Shown: positions 25,666 through 36,740 of the stretch, piece by piece
Layout: every line of letters begins with the position of its first letter
Position numbering within the stretch: position 1 is the first letter of the stretch
Assembly: GCA_036785375.1 (NCBI GenBank)
Contig: JAWMAR010000104.1
Span: 6,076,001 to 6,140,000, forward strand
Direction: 5' to 3'
Length of the DNA stretch: 64,000 nt
Source of the DNA: Leucoraja ocellata
Lineage: Eukaryota
Made by a program: the position numbers and the translations under genes
The notes under the pieces: generated by a model
Seen by the model: only the letters and a program-made list of their open reading frames with translations
Databases searched by the model: none
What the model was told of the DNA's origin: nothing

Positions 25666-26542
25666 GATGTAGGGTTAGGATTATTCTATGCACAGGTACT
25701 ATTGCTTTGTTTTGCACCCTTGGGGAAAAGGTTCTGACTGTCTACCCTGTCTTTGTCTCTCTAGATTTTATATATGGCTATCTCGTCTTCCCTCAGCCTT
25801 CGAATTTCCAGACAGAGAAAACTATCCAAGACTGTCCAACCTCTCCTGAAGCTAATATGCCCCAATCCAGGCAGCATCCTGGTGAAATTGTTGTAAATAT
25901 ACCAGCCCCCCTAAATCCCTATAATCAGTCTGAACCCAATTAACCTACAAACCTGCACGTTTGTGGAATTTTGGGAGGAAACCGGGGCACCCAGAGAAAC
26001 CCACGCGGTCACAGGGTGAACGTGCAAACTCCACACACTCAGCACCCGCGGTCAGGACCAAACCCGGGTCTCTGGCACTGTGAGGCAGTGGCTCTACCCT
26101 CTGCGCCACTATTCCTCCAGCAGTTTGTGTTGTTTATTTTTGTATCTGCAGTTCCTAGTTTCTCTAGATGTGTACAAGACCTGTGTCTGTACTGTAGTTT
26201 AGTTTAGTTTGGCTTAGTTTAGTTGAGTTTATTGCCATGTTTACTGAGGTACAGCAAAAAGCTTTTTTTTGTTGAGTGCTATCCAGTCGGCGGAAAAACT
26301 ATACATGATTACACTCGAGCCGTCAACAATGTACAGATACAGGATACAGGGAATAATGTTTAGTTCTCGACCTGAAATATCACCTATTCCTTTTCCCCTG
26401 AGACGCTGCCTGACCGACCCTTGATGGCCCAAGGGTCTCCAATGGGGTAGAAGGGAGGTCAGGACCGCCCTCCAGTTGGTGAGAGGGTGGTTCAGTTGCC
26501 TGATAACACAATTAGACAAACACATTGCTGGTGCTTATATTC

Positions 26543-26609
26543 GAGGGCGGGTTTATATATGGTGAAGTACGGCAGGGACTTTCCAAGCTGCAGGAGAGCC
26601 AACTTCCTC
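26543..26609 (+). promoter_or_regulatory. cd74 proximal promoter: GC box (GGGCGG 26545-26550), perfect NF-kB site GGGACTTTCC (26575-26584), ETS/PU.1-type site AACTTCCTC (26601-26609)
   Basis: Motifs lie in the only ~200 bp of unique sequence upstream of the cd74 ATG; kB and Sp1 sites are known features of mammalian invariant-chain promoters. Confidence 0.7.
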
Positions 26610-26721
26610 GTTTTGGCTTTGTTGAGATTAAAACGTAGTGCCTGCCTTGCCCTGCACGCAGTCTGCACACACATCTCTCTAAGAGCTCTCCCTTCAGTCG
26701 ACAGTGAAGTCCACCGTAACC

Positions 26722-26834
26722 ATGTCAGCGAACGAGCAGCAGAACTCTTTGCTGCGAGACTCTCAACAGGATATAGCCAGCAACTCGGATGTGGAGGTGA
26801 GAGGGGCTACCCCTGCTGCAGTGCCAGTCCACAG
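26722..26834 (+). CDS. cd74: CD74 / MHC class II invariant chain, exon 1 (cytoplasmic tail)
   Basis: accATG; MSANEQQNSLLRDSQQDIASNSDVEVRGATPAAVPVHR with an acidic dileucine-like sorting motif (EQQNSLL); donor AG|gtaagg; phase 2 matches exon 2; preceded by kB/GC/ETS sites. Confidence 0.85.
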
Positions 26835-26935
26835 GTAAGGTGTTAACCAAAGTCACTTTCCCATTCCCGATTCCCGATTCCCAAAGAGCAGGTCAATGAT
26901 TCCCGGGTTCTGGGGCCTCACGGATGGACCGCAAC

Positions 26936-27393
26936 TAGGGTTGCCAACTTTCTCACTCCCAAATATAGGACAAAAGGTCAAAATAAGGAACAAATTCCCG
27001 ACGGCAATTCGTTGACCGACTTGGCCATGGCTGGGTGAATGATGAGTTGATTGCACACACAGCCCAGCCGGAGGGTCAGCTGAGGAGGTTTGGCCTGGGC
27101 GCGCGACGTCGCGCACAAAGTCCGGCACCCCATACACTCATGAATTGACGATCGGCCATGAGAAGGAGGGGTGGTGGTGTTGGCGGTAAGCGAAGGTCCG
27201 AAGGTCGGACAGCTGGCCGGGCTGCCGACCGACCGGGCCATGGGTGGGGCTGGACGCGGCGCTCTGACCCGACAGTCCCCTCGACCCGAGTAGTAACAGT
27301 CAAATACGGGACAAGGGCGGTCCCGTACGGGACAAACCAATTTAGCCCAATATATGGGATGTCCCAGTTAATACGGGACAGTTGGAAAACTTA
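26936..27393. mobile_element. Non-autonomous hAT MITE at the start of cd74 intron 1
   Basis: TIRs TAGGGTTGCCAACT / AGTTGGAAAACTTA; 8-bp TSD ACCGCAAC. Confidence 0.85.
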
Positions 27394-29497
27394 ACCGCAA
27401 CTGTCCAGCACACTTTAGTTTATTGTCACGGGTTCTGAGGTACAGTGAAAAGCTGGAATCCCAGACCATCACACAAACCAACCTCCCTTCCATTGACAGT
27501 ATACAGATACACTTCACGCTGCCTCGGCAAGACCACCAGAATAATCAAGGGCCAGTCTTTGGTAGATACAAGGGAGGGGAGGGGGCGGGATTGATAGGCA
27601 GATGGTTGGAACAAAGGCCAGAGACAAAAGCAAGTGTGACATAAAAGGATTGAAGTTGCAAATTGTGAAGCTAGAGGAAGGAATGTAGGTGAAAGAAGAG
27701 GGGGGGGGGGGGGAGAAATAGGTGTGAGTCTAGGATGGGGAGAAAAGGGAAGGGGAGGAAGGGGGCTTGTTGGAGATGATCTAAAATTGGAGAATTCAAT
27801 GTTCATACCATTGGGCGTAAGCGACCCAAGCTTAAATATAGAAACAAGTTTATTGAGTGCTGGAGGAACAGTATCTCTGTATCTCCGGAGGGAATGTACA
27901 GGCGATGTTTTGAGTCGGGACCCTACTTCACACTTCTGCTTTCAGTTCATTGATGCATGAGATGTTTTGGGTCTAATTCAGGGAGTTAAAATAGTAAACT
28001 TTCAGGGGAAAACATAAAATAGGAAGTGTGATTTGCAGTCTGACAAAGCAATCTAAATATCAGATGTAGCCGAGGAGATTAGTTTAGCTTGGCATCATGG
28101 TCGGCACAGATATGGTGGGCCAAAGGGCCTGTTCCGATGCTGTACTGTGCTGTATTAGTCACTGATCTTTCTGATTTTGATTAATTGTTTGAAGGAAATC
28201 TGTGGGCAGTCACGTTGGCACAGCGGTAGAGTTGCTGCCTTACAGCAAAATGCAGTGCCAGAAACCCGGGTTCGATCACGACTACGGGTGCCGTCTGTAT
28301 GGAGTTTGTACGTTCTCCCCGTGATCGGCGTGGGTTTTCTCCAAGGTCTTCGGTTTCCTCCCGCGCTCCAAAAACGTAGGTTAATTGGCTTGATAAAAAT
28401 GTAAAATTGTCCAAGTTGGCGATATGCAGAGTACTGCCCCGCTGACTACAAAATTCAGAAGGTTCAGAAGGTTGTGGCTGTGTCATCCTTTATGTTTTAA
28501 AATTCTGGAAGTTTGAAGTTTAGTTGCTACGTGTACCAAGGTACAGTGAAAAGCTTTTGTTGCATGCAAACCAGTCAGTAGAAAGACTATACCTGATTAC
28601 AATCAAGCCGTCTACAGTCTACAGATGAAGGGCATAACGATTATTGCAAGATAAAGTCTAGTAAAGTCTGATTAAAGATAGTCCGACGGGCATAGATAGA
28701 GTGGATGTGGAAAGGATGTTTCCACTGGTGGGAGAGTCTCGGACCAAAGGTGATAGCCTGGTCGCTCTTTTAGAAAGGAGGTGAGGAGGAACTTCTTCAT
28801 TGGCCAGACGGTAGTTAATCTGTGGAATTGCCACATAGGGCCGTGGAGGCCAAGTCAGTAGATTTATTTAAGGCAGAGATAGACAAATTCCTGATTAGAA
28901 TGGATGTCAAGGGCTATGGGTGAAGGCAGGAAAATAGGGTTAGGAGGCAGAGATCAGCCATGATTTAGTGAGCTGGGAGGTCAGGACTGCTCTCTGGTTG
29001 GTGTTAGTTGTGGACACAGCCCAGACCATCACACAAATAATCCTCCCTTCCATTGAATCCAAGACCACCAGCATAATCAAGGACCAGTCTCACCCTGGTC
29101 ACTCAATCTTCTCCCCTCTCCCATCAGACGAGAGGTACAGAAGTGTGAAAACGCACACCTCCAGATTCAGGGACAATTCCTTCCCAGCTGTTATCGGGCA
29201 ACTGAATCATCCTATCAACACCCAGAGAGTGGTCCTGACTTCCCATCTACCTCATTGGAGACCCTCGGACTATCTTTAATTGGAATTTAGCTTGCTCTAA
29301 ACATTATTCCCTTTATCCTGTATCTGTACACTGTGGACAGCTTGATTGACATCATATATAGTCTTTCTACCGACTGGTTAGCATGCAAGAACCTTTCACT
29401 CACTGTATGTTGGTACAAGTGACAAAGACCGAACTATCTCCAATAGGTCCACATCGCCTGCCGAGCGACACTAAAGGCATTCAGAGGGAGAGAGACA

Positions 29498-29529
29498 ATT
29501 GGCTGACTGTTGACTCACCAGTTGCCAGG
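29498..29529 (-). promoter_or_regulatory. X1-X2-CCAAT module in cd74 intron 1
   Basis: Minus strand CCTGGCAACTGG-TGAGTCA-8 nt-CCAAT; duplicate of 18532-18563. Confidence 0.6.
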
Positions 29530-32500
29530 GAGAAGTCGGAGATGAGGGAGAGTTTTGAACCAGGACGTCATTAAAGAGCGAGCAGCTGCAATGTACAAAG
29601 GCAGATAATTAATTCCAGAGCTTGCAACTGATCTCATAGACACAGGGAACTGCAGATGCTGGAATCTTGAGCAAAACACAAAGTGCTGGAGTAACTCAGC
29701 AGGTCAGGCGGCATCTTTGCAGAACATGGATAGGTGATGTTTCGGGTCGGGACCCTTCTTCAGACTGATGGGGATGGGGGGAGAAAGCAGGGAGAGGTGG
29801 GGGCGGGACAAAGTCTGGCAAGTGGCAGGTGGATACAGGTAAGGGAGTTTGATTGGCAAATGGGTGGACAGAGATAGGAAGAAGTCATCTTCCTTGTGTC
29901 TGAAGAAGGGTTCCGACAGATGGTGCCTCTGACCCCGCCGAGTTACTCCAGCACTTTGGGTCTTCATTTTGTAACCCAGCATCAGCAGTTCCTTGTGTCT
30001 CCAAGATTAAAAAAGGCTGCGAGATAAATGAGATAAGGAGAGAAGAAATGCAAAATGTGAAGCCAGAGGAGGGAATATAGGAAGGGGACCAGGAGAAGGG
30101 ATGGGTGAGGGGGAGGGTTATTGAACGTTAGTTGCCTAAAATTCAAGAGAGAGTTAGATTTAGCTCTTGGGGATAAAGGAATCAACGGGGTACTGATTTT
30201 AGATGAACAGCCGTGATCATATTGAATGGCAGTGCTGGCTTGAAGGGCCGAATGGCCTACTCCTGAACTCACTGTACCTCGGTACACATGAACTAACCAA
30301 CTCCATTTCTGCCGAGCCACAGGTGGTATTCAGTGAGCACGGATTAAATTAAACTGAACTGAAAGAGGTAAAACGAGGAACTCAGCAGGTTAGGCAGCAT
30401 CTGTGGAAGGGAACAGACAGACAATGATTCAGATTGGGACCCTCCTTCAGACTGATGCAGTTGGTGGGGGCGGGACAAGGCCTGGCAACTAATAGGTAGA
30501 TAAAGGGGACGGGGTTTTGTTGGCTGGAAGGGACAAAGACCAAGAGGTGAAAAGGTGACAAAAGGATGTCAGATTAAGGGATATGGGGAGGGGTGAAATG
30601 TAAAGCCGGAAGGAGGAGTGTGGGTGGAAGGGGGCGGAGGGGATGGGAAGGGGGGGGGGGTGTATGGTGGGAGAAATGGGTGCACATCAGGGTGGAAGAG
30701 TGGCACAGCAAAGAGAGGGGGGAAGGGGGGGGGGGGGGAGGGGTTGTTACATAAAATTGGAGAATTCAATGTTCATGCCATTGCATTGGAGTCATAGAAT
30801 TATAGTCATGCTGCATGAAAACAGCCCCTTCGGCCCGACTTGTCCATACCTGGATAGAATTGATGCAGAAAGGATGTTTCCACTCGTGGGAGATTCTAGG
30901 ACCAGAGGGCACAGCCTCAGAATAAAAGGACGTACCTTTAGAAAGGAGATGAGGAGGAATTTCTTTAGTCAGAGGGAGGTGAATCTGTGGAATTCTGACA
31001 CAGACGGCTGTGGAGGCCGTCATTGGGTATTTTTAAGGTGGAGATTGACAGATTCGTGATTTAGTAACGATTGTCAGGGGTTATGGGGAGAAGGCAGGAG
31101 AATGGGGTTGAGAGGGAAATATAGATCTGAATGGCGGAGTACACAATGGGCCGAATGGCCTAATTCTGCTCCTAGAGCTTATAAATGTATGAATTTAAGC
31201 TGACCAAGATCTCCCATCGATACCAATTATAAACCTTGAAAGATTTACATTTCCTGTTGTGGGGAATTTCCTGTTGTTGAACTGGTTTCACGCAATAAAA
31301 ACACTTTTATAATTGTGAGTTTCTGGCATTCTCTCACCAAGTGTGAGTTCTTAGAATTAGGCTGACTGCTCTTTGATAAGGGCGGGTTGTAAGTTTACTG
31401 TGGATGGATTAGAATAGATGGTGTTGTGTTTGATGGGGCCAAAGGGCCTGTTTCTGTGCTGTCATTCTCCCTATGACTAGAGTCATACAGCATGGAAACA
31501 GGTCATTCGGCCCAACTTGCCCACGCCGACCACCATGCCCCATCTACACTAGTCCTACCTGCCCACTTTTAGTACCAGAAGGCACAGTCTCAGAGTAAAA
31601 GGACGTACCTTTAGAAAGGAGACGAGGAGGAATTTCTTTAGCCAGGGGGTGGTGAATCCGTGGCATTCATTGCTAGAGATGGTGGTGGAGGCCTGGTCAT
31701 TGGGTATTTTTAAGGAGATTGATAGGTTCTTGATTAGTATGGCGTCAAAGGTTATGAAAAGAAGGCAGGAGAAAGGGATTGAAAGGAAAAAAATAGATCA
31801 GCCATGATTGAATGGCGGAGTAGGACTGAATGGCCTGATTCTGACCCTGGTCTTATAAAACACCATAGTTAAGGAAGATTCAGGCAAAATACTGGTAAAT
31901 AAGGTTAGTAAAGATGAGTGGCCAGCATGGACACGGTGGGCCAAATGGCCTGTTTCTGTGCCATGTGCGTCTATGTACCATCATCCGTTATGTGTAGGAC
32001 GGTAATGCAGAGTCCGATAAAGGGTCTCGACCTGAAACGCCACCCATTCCTCTATCCAGAGACGCTGCCTGTTCTGCTAAGTTGCTTGCTGCGTTACTCC
32101 GTCACTCCAGCACTTTGTGTTCATCTTTGGTACAAACCATCATGACTTGGACACACACCAGGTGTAAATGTTGGAGGTTCCTCCCCATCAACACCATAGG
32201 AGTCAACAAAACCAACAGTTCATCAAGAGAAGGACTGCAGCCGTTCATGAGTGCGTCTCACCACCACTTTCTTGATGCCAATCAGGGAGTGATCTGGAAA
32301 ACATGGATATGTGACACTTTGGGTTGGGACCCTTCTTCAGACTGTTGTGGCTTGGGAAGTGTGGGTGGGGGCAGGATGGGGAGGCGGGGAGAGTAGGATG
32401 GAAAACCCCCAACACAAAACCATGGCAAATCCACCTGGCCGTTTCCCCCTTGCTCATTTAACTTGGCATCATGCCAACACCAACACTGTGGGCCGAAGAG

Positions 32501-33958
32501 CCCGCTTCTGTGTTGTACTGTTCTATGTACACTGGGCTTATATTCTCTGGAATTTGGAAGGATGAGAGGATATCTTATAGAAACATATAAAATCCAGCCA
32601 TGATCACATTGTATGGCGGTGCTGGCTCGAAGGGCCGAATGGCCTACTTCTGCACCTATTGTCTATTGTCTATTGTCTAAAATTCTTAAGGGATTGGACA
32701 GGCTAGATGCAGGAAAAATGTTCTCCATGTATGTAAGTCCAGAACCAAGGGGTCACAGTTTAAGGATAAGGGGTAGGCCATTTTGGACTGAGATAAGGAA
32801 CAAGTTTATCGCCCAGAGAGTTGTGAATCTGTGGAATTCTCTGCCACAGAAGGCAGTGGAGGCCAATCCACTGGATGTTTTCAAGAGAGAGTTAGATATC
32901 GATCTTAGGGCTAATGGAATCAAGGGATATGGGGTAAAAGCATGAAAGGGGAACTGATTCTGGATGATCAGCCATGATCATATTGAAAGGCGGTGCTGGC
33001 TCGACGGGCTGAATGGCCTACTCCTGCACCTATTTTCTATGTTTAAGAAAGAACTGCAGATGCTGGAAAAATCTAAGGTAGACAAAAATGCTGGAGGAAC
33101 TCAGCGGGTGAGGCAGCATCTATGAAGAGGAGGAAAAGGCGACGTTTCAGGTTGACACCCTTCTCCAGACTGGTCGAGACCCTTCTTCTATGTTTCTATG
33201 TTAATTTTTGTGTCTACCATGATCTGTAGACACTCTCCACCTCCACCAGGGGTCAGTGGTGAGACATAAATCTATTTTCTGGAAACTCATGCAACTGTAG
33301 GGGGGTGGGGGGGGGGGGTGAAGAACTGGAGTCGAGGAACGGCCACTAATGATTTCAGGCAGGGTGGTGCCTGGTTGTCCATTGCTGGCCAGGGAAGGTG
33401 TGAGGGGAATGGACTGGGGATGTTTCGGGTCAGGACCTTCTTCGGGCTAGTGGTGTAAACTGTAGTGGAGACGAGGAAACACTTTTTCTTACAGAGAGTT
33501 GAGAGTCTGTGGAGGCCAGTTCTCTGGATACTTTCAAGAGACAGCTAGATAGGGCAGAGTCAGGGGATATGGGGAGAAGGCAGGAACGGGGTACTGATTG
33601 GGGATAATCAGCCATGATCACATTGAATGGCGGTGCTGGCTTGAAGGGCCGAATGGCCTATTCCTGCACCTATTGTCTTTTGTCTATTGCGGACCAATTC
33701 TTAACTCGTCTTCCATCCATATCCCTGGATAAGGGAGTTGGGACCAGTGTAGATTGGGCATCTTGGTCGGCATGGATGAGTTGGGCTGAAGGGCCTGTTT
33801 GCGTGCTGTGTAGGATTCTGGAGAGTAGCTGAGAGACTTTGGAAGGAGGGAAATGAGAGAGAGAGAGAGAGATCCTGACATTTATTGGATTCACAGCTCA
33901 TTGTTATTTGTTGTGCCATCCAGTGGAAGTTTTACCAGTTCCACCAGTTTTACTTCCA

Positions 33959-34036
33959 GGGAATTACCCCGTTACTAATAATAATTAATTGACACAGACC
34001 TTCGGAAATTCCCTTGCAAATTACAGGGAAACTTCC
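33959..34036. promoter_or_regulatory. Cluster of NF-kB-like sites in cd74 intron 1
   Basis: GGGAATTACC (33959), GGAAATTCCC (34004) and GGGAAACTTCC (34026) within 80 bp of unique sequence; another GGGAATTTCC at 31262-31271. Confidence 0.5.
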
Positions 34037-34443
34037 TGGACAAATTCACTGCGTCGCACATCACTGATAACACCAATCATACCCAAATCCCTCCAAAAAC
34101 TTGTTGTGGACGTTATCTGGCTCTAAATATTATTCCCTTTAACTTGTATCTGTACACTGCAGACGGCTTGCTTGTAATCATGTACAGTTTTTCCACTGAC
34201 TGGATAGCATGCAACAAAAGCTTTTCACTGTACCTCGATACACGTGACAATAAACTGAACTGAACGGCAATGGGACTAGTGTAAATGAGTGATAGTGACT
34301 GGGTGGGCTGAAGGGCCTGTTTGTATGTTGTGTCTCTCTGTGGATCAGGGGCCACACACACACACACACACACCTCTCAGATGTTGTACACGGCCAGTGA
34401 AGCATTGAGGTGCTCCCCCTCACCATTGCCGTCTGCCTTCCAG

Positions 34444-34622
34444 GAGCCTGAGCTGGGGCCGAGGGCTGCTCTACGCTGGCGTATCCATCCTGGTGGCCAT
34501 GCTCATCGCCGGCCAGGTGGTCGGCATCATGTTCCTGATGAAGCAACAGGACAAGATAGACGGGCTGCAGAAGACCACGAGACGTCTTGAGAGCAAGTAC
34601 TCGGCGAGCCGCGGACCATTCA
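34444..34622 (+). CDS. cd74: CD74 exon 2 (type II transmembrane segment)
   Basis: SLSWGRGLLYAGVSILVAMLIAGQVVGIMFLMKQQDKIDGLQKTTRRLESKYSASRGPF, matching the invariant-chain TM pattern (RG.LY.G.SILV..L.AGQ....FL..QQ..ID.L); AG/GT boundaries. Confidence 0.95.
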
Positions 34623-34871
34623 GTAAGCAGAGCTGCCAGCAATGATCAACTTACAATGATCAACTGATTGGGTGGTTGATTGGGTGATTCATTGATTTAT
34701 TGAGTGCTTGATTGATTGACATTAATTGATTAATCTGTTTAATTAGATGATTGATTGATACACTGATTGATCAATTTATTGGTGACTGATTGACTGGTTA
34801 ATTGACTGATTGATTGAATGAATGACTGATTGATTCATTAATTAAATGATTCATTTGTTGATTGGGAATTA

Positions 34872-35615
34872 CATAGAAACATAGAACACAGGTGCAGGAG
34901 TAGGCCATTCGGCCCTTCGAGCCTGCACCGCCATTCAATATGATCATGGTTGATCATCCAACTCAGTATCCCGTACCTGCCTTCTCTCCATACCCCCTGA
35001 CCCCTTTAGCCACAAGGGCCACATCTAACTCCCTCTTAAATATAGCCAATGAACTGGCCTCAACTACCCTCTGTGGCAGAGAATTCCAGAGATTCACCAC
35101 TCTCAGTGTGAAAAATGTTTTTCTCATCTCGGTCTTAAAGGATTTCCCCCTTATCCTTAAGCTGTGACCCCTTGTCCTGGACTTCCCCAACATCGGGAGC
35201 AATCTTCCTGCATCTAGCCTGTCCAACCCCTTAAGAATTTTATAAGTTTCTATAAGATCCCCTCTCAATCTCCTAAATTCTAGAGAGTATAAACCAAGTC
35301 TATCCAGTCTTTCTTCATAAGACAGTCCTGACATCCCAGGAATCAGTCTGGTGAACCTTCTCTGCACTCCCTCTATGACAATAATGTCCTTCCTCAGATT
35401 TGGAGACCAAAACTGTACGCAATACTCCAGGTGTGGTCTCACCAAGACCCTGTACAACTGCAGTAGAACCTCCCTGCTCCTATACTCAAAACCTTTTGCT
35501 ATGAAAGCTAACATACCATTCGCTTTCTGCACTGCCTGCTGCACCTGCATGCCTACTTTCAATGACTGGTGTACCATGACACCCAGGTCTCGTTGCATCT
35601 CCCCTTTTCCTAATC
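34872..35615 (-). mobile_element. Young 5'-truncated CR1 LINE in cd74 intron 2, inserted in a (GATT)n tract
   Basis: Open 211-aa ORF2 C-terminus (34963-35598), near-identical to the 3' end of the element at 54064-58122. Confidence 0.92.
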
Positions 35616-36657
35616 GACATTCCTTGATTGATTAATTGATTGTGGATTGATTGACCGATTGATTAGTTGATTAATTTATTTGTTAATTGATTGATTGATT
35701 GCCTGATGATTGGTCCACTACTTGCTTGTTGGCACCATGAGGCAGCAGCTCTACCCGCTGTGCAACCATTGGGCTGGGGTTGTGAGGGGATTTCAAAAAA
35801 AAACATTGGCCCACTCAGTTTGTTCCTCATTCTGTTTATTCGCCTGCACTGAATTTCCCCAGAACCCTCTCTGAGCTAAGTAAAATCCTCAACGCACACA
35901 CACACACACACACACTCTGAGGGGGGAGCTCCACGGTGAGCTGTTTGCTAGAATTGGGGATCCGTCTGGCTTTAGAAGTATGATGCACTTTGGTTTTCAT
36001 CAGCTCAGATTAGATACACCGGTGCTGTTTATTCTGCAATAGAACATAGTACAGCACAGCACTGGAACAGGCCCTTCGGCCCACAATGTCCATGCCAAAC
36101 ATGATGGCAAGTCAAACTAATCTCCTCTGCCTGCACGTGATCCATATCCCGACATTCCCTACACTTCCAGGTGCCTATCTAAAAGCCTCTTAAACACCAC
36201 TAGCATATCTGCCTCCACTACCCACCCCTGACAGCGCCTTTCAGGCACCCACCACCCTCTGTGTGTAAAAAAAAAATCCTTCAAACTTTAGAATCATAAA
36301 TCATGCTGTAGAATCTCCTTTCAACTTTCCCCCTCTCACCTTTAAGCTGTGGCATCTAGTGTTGTACATTTCCATTCAGGGATAAAGGTTCTGACCCCAT
36401 CTATGCCTCTGATAATTTTATATACTTCTATCATGTCTCTCCCAAGCATCTAGAGGTTCCAGAGAAAACAATCCAAGTCTGTCCAACCTCTCCTTGTAGC
36501 TGAAACCCTCCAATACAGGCAGCATTCCGGTGAACAGGGAAAAGAGCGGGGGAGGGGGGGGGGGGGTTGGAGGAAGGGAGAGGGGGGTGAGGGTTGTGAA
36601 GCTGCATCTACAGTTCCATGTGTCTCCATTTTTTTCTTGTATCTTTTTATCCTTCAG

Positions 36658-36740
36658 GACCGAAGCCAATCATGCACCTGAGACCGATGATGATGGATCT
36701 GCCCATTTCCTACATCAACCCCAATGCCGACGCACCAAAG
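36658..36740 (+). CDS. cd74: CD74 exon 3 (CLIP region)
   Basis: RPKPIMHLRPMMMDLPISYINPNADAPK; Pro/Met-rich and CLIP-like; phases 1/0 fit. Confidence 0.9.

Noticed and set aside
26487-26846. 119-aa ORF over the cd74 promoter
   Set aside because: Different frame from cd74 exon 1, starts in a repeat, and has no recognisable homology
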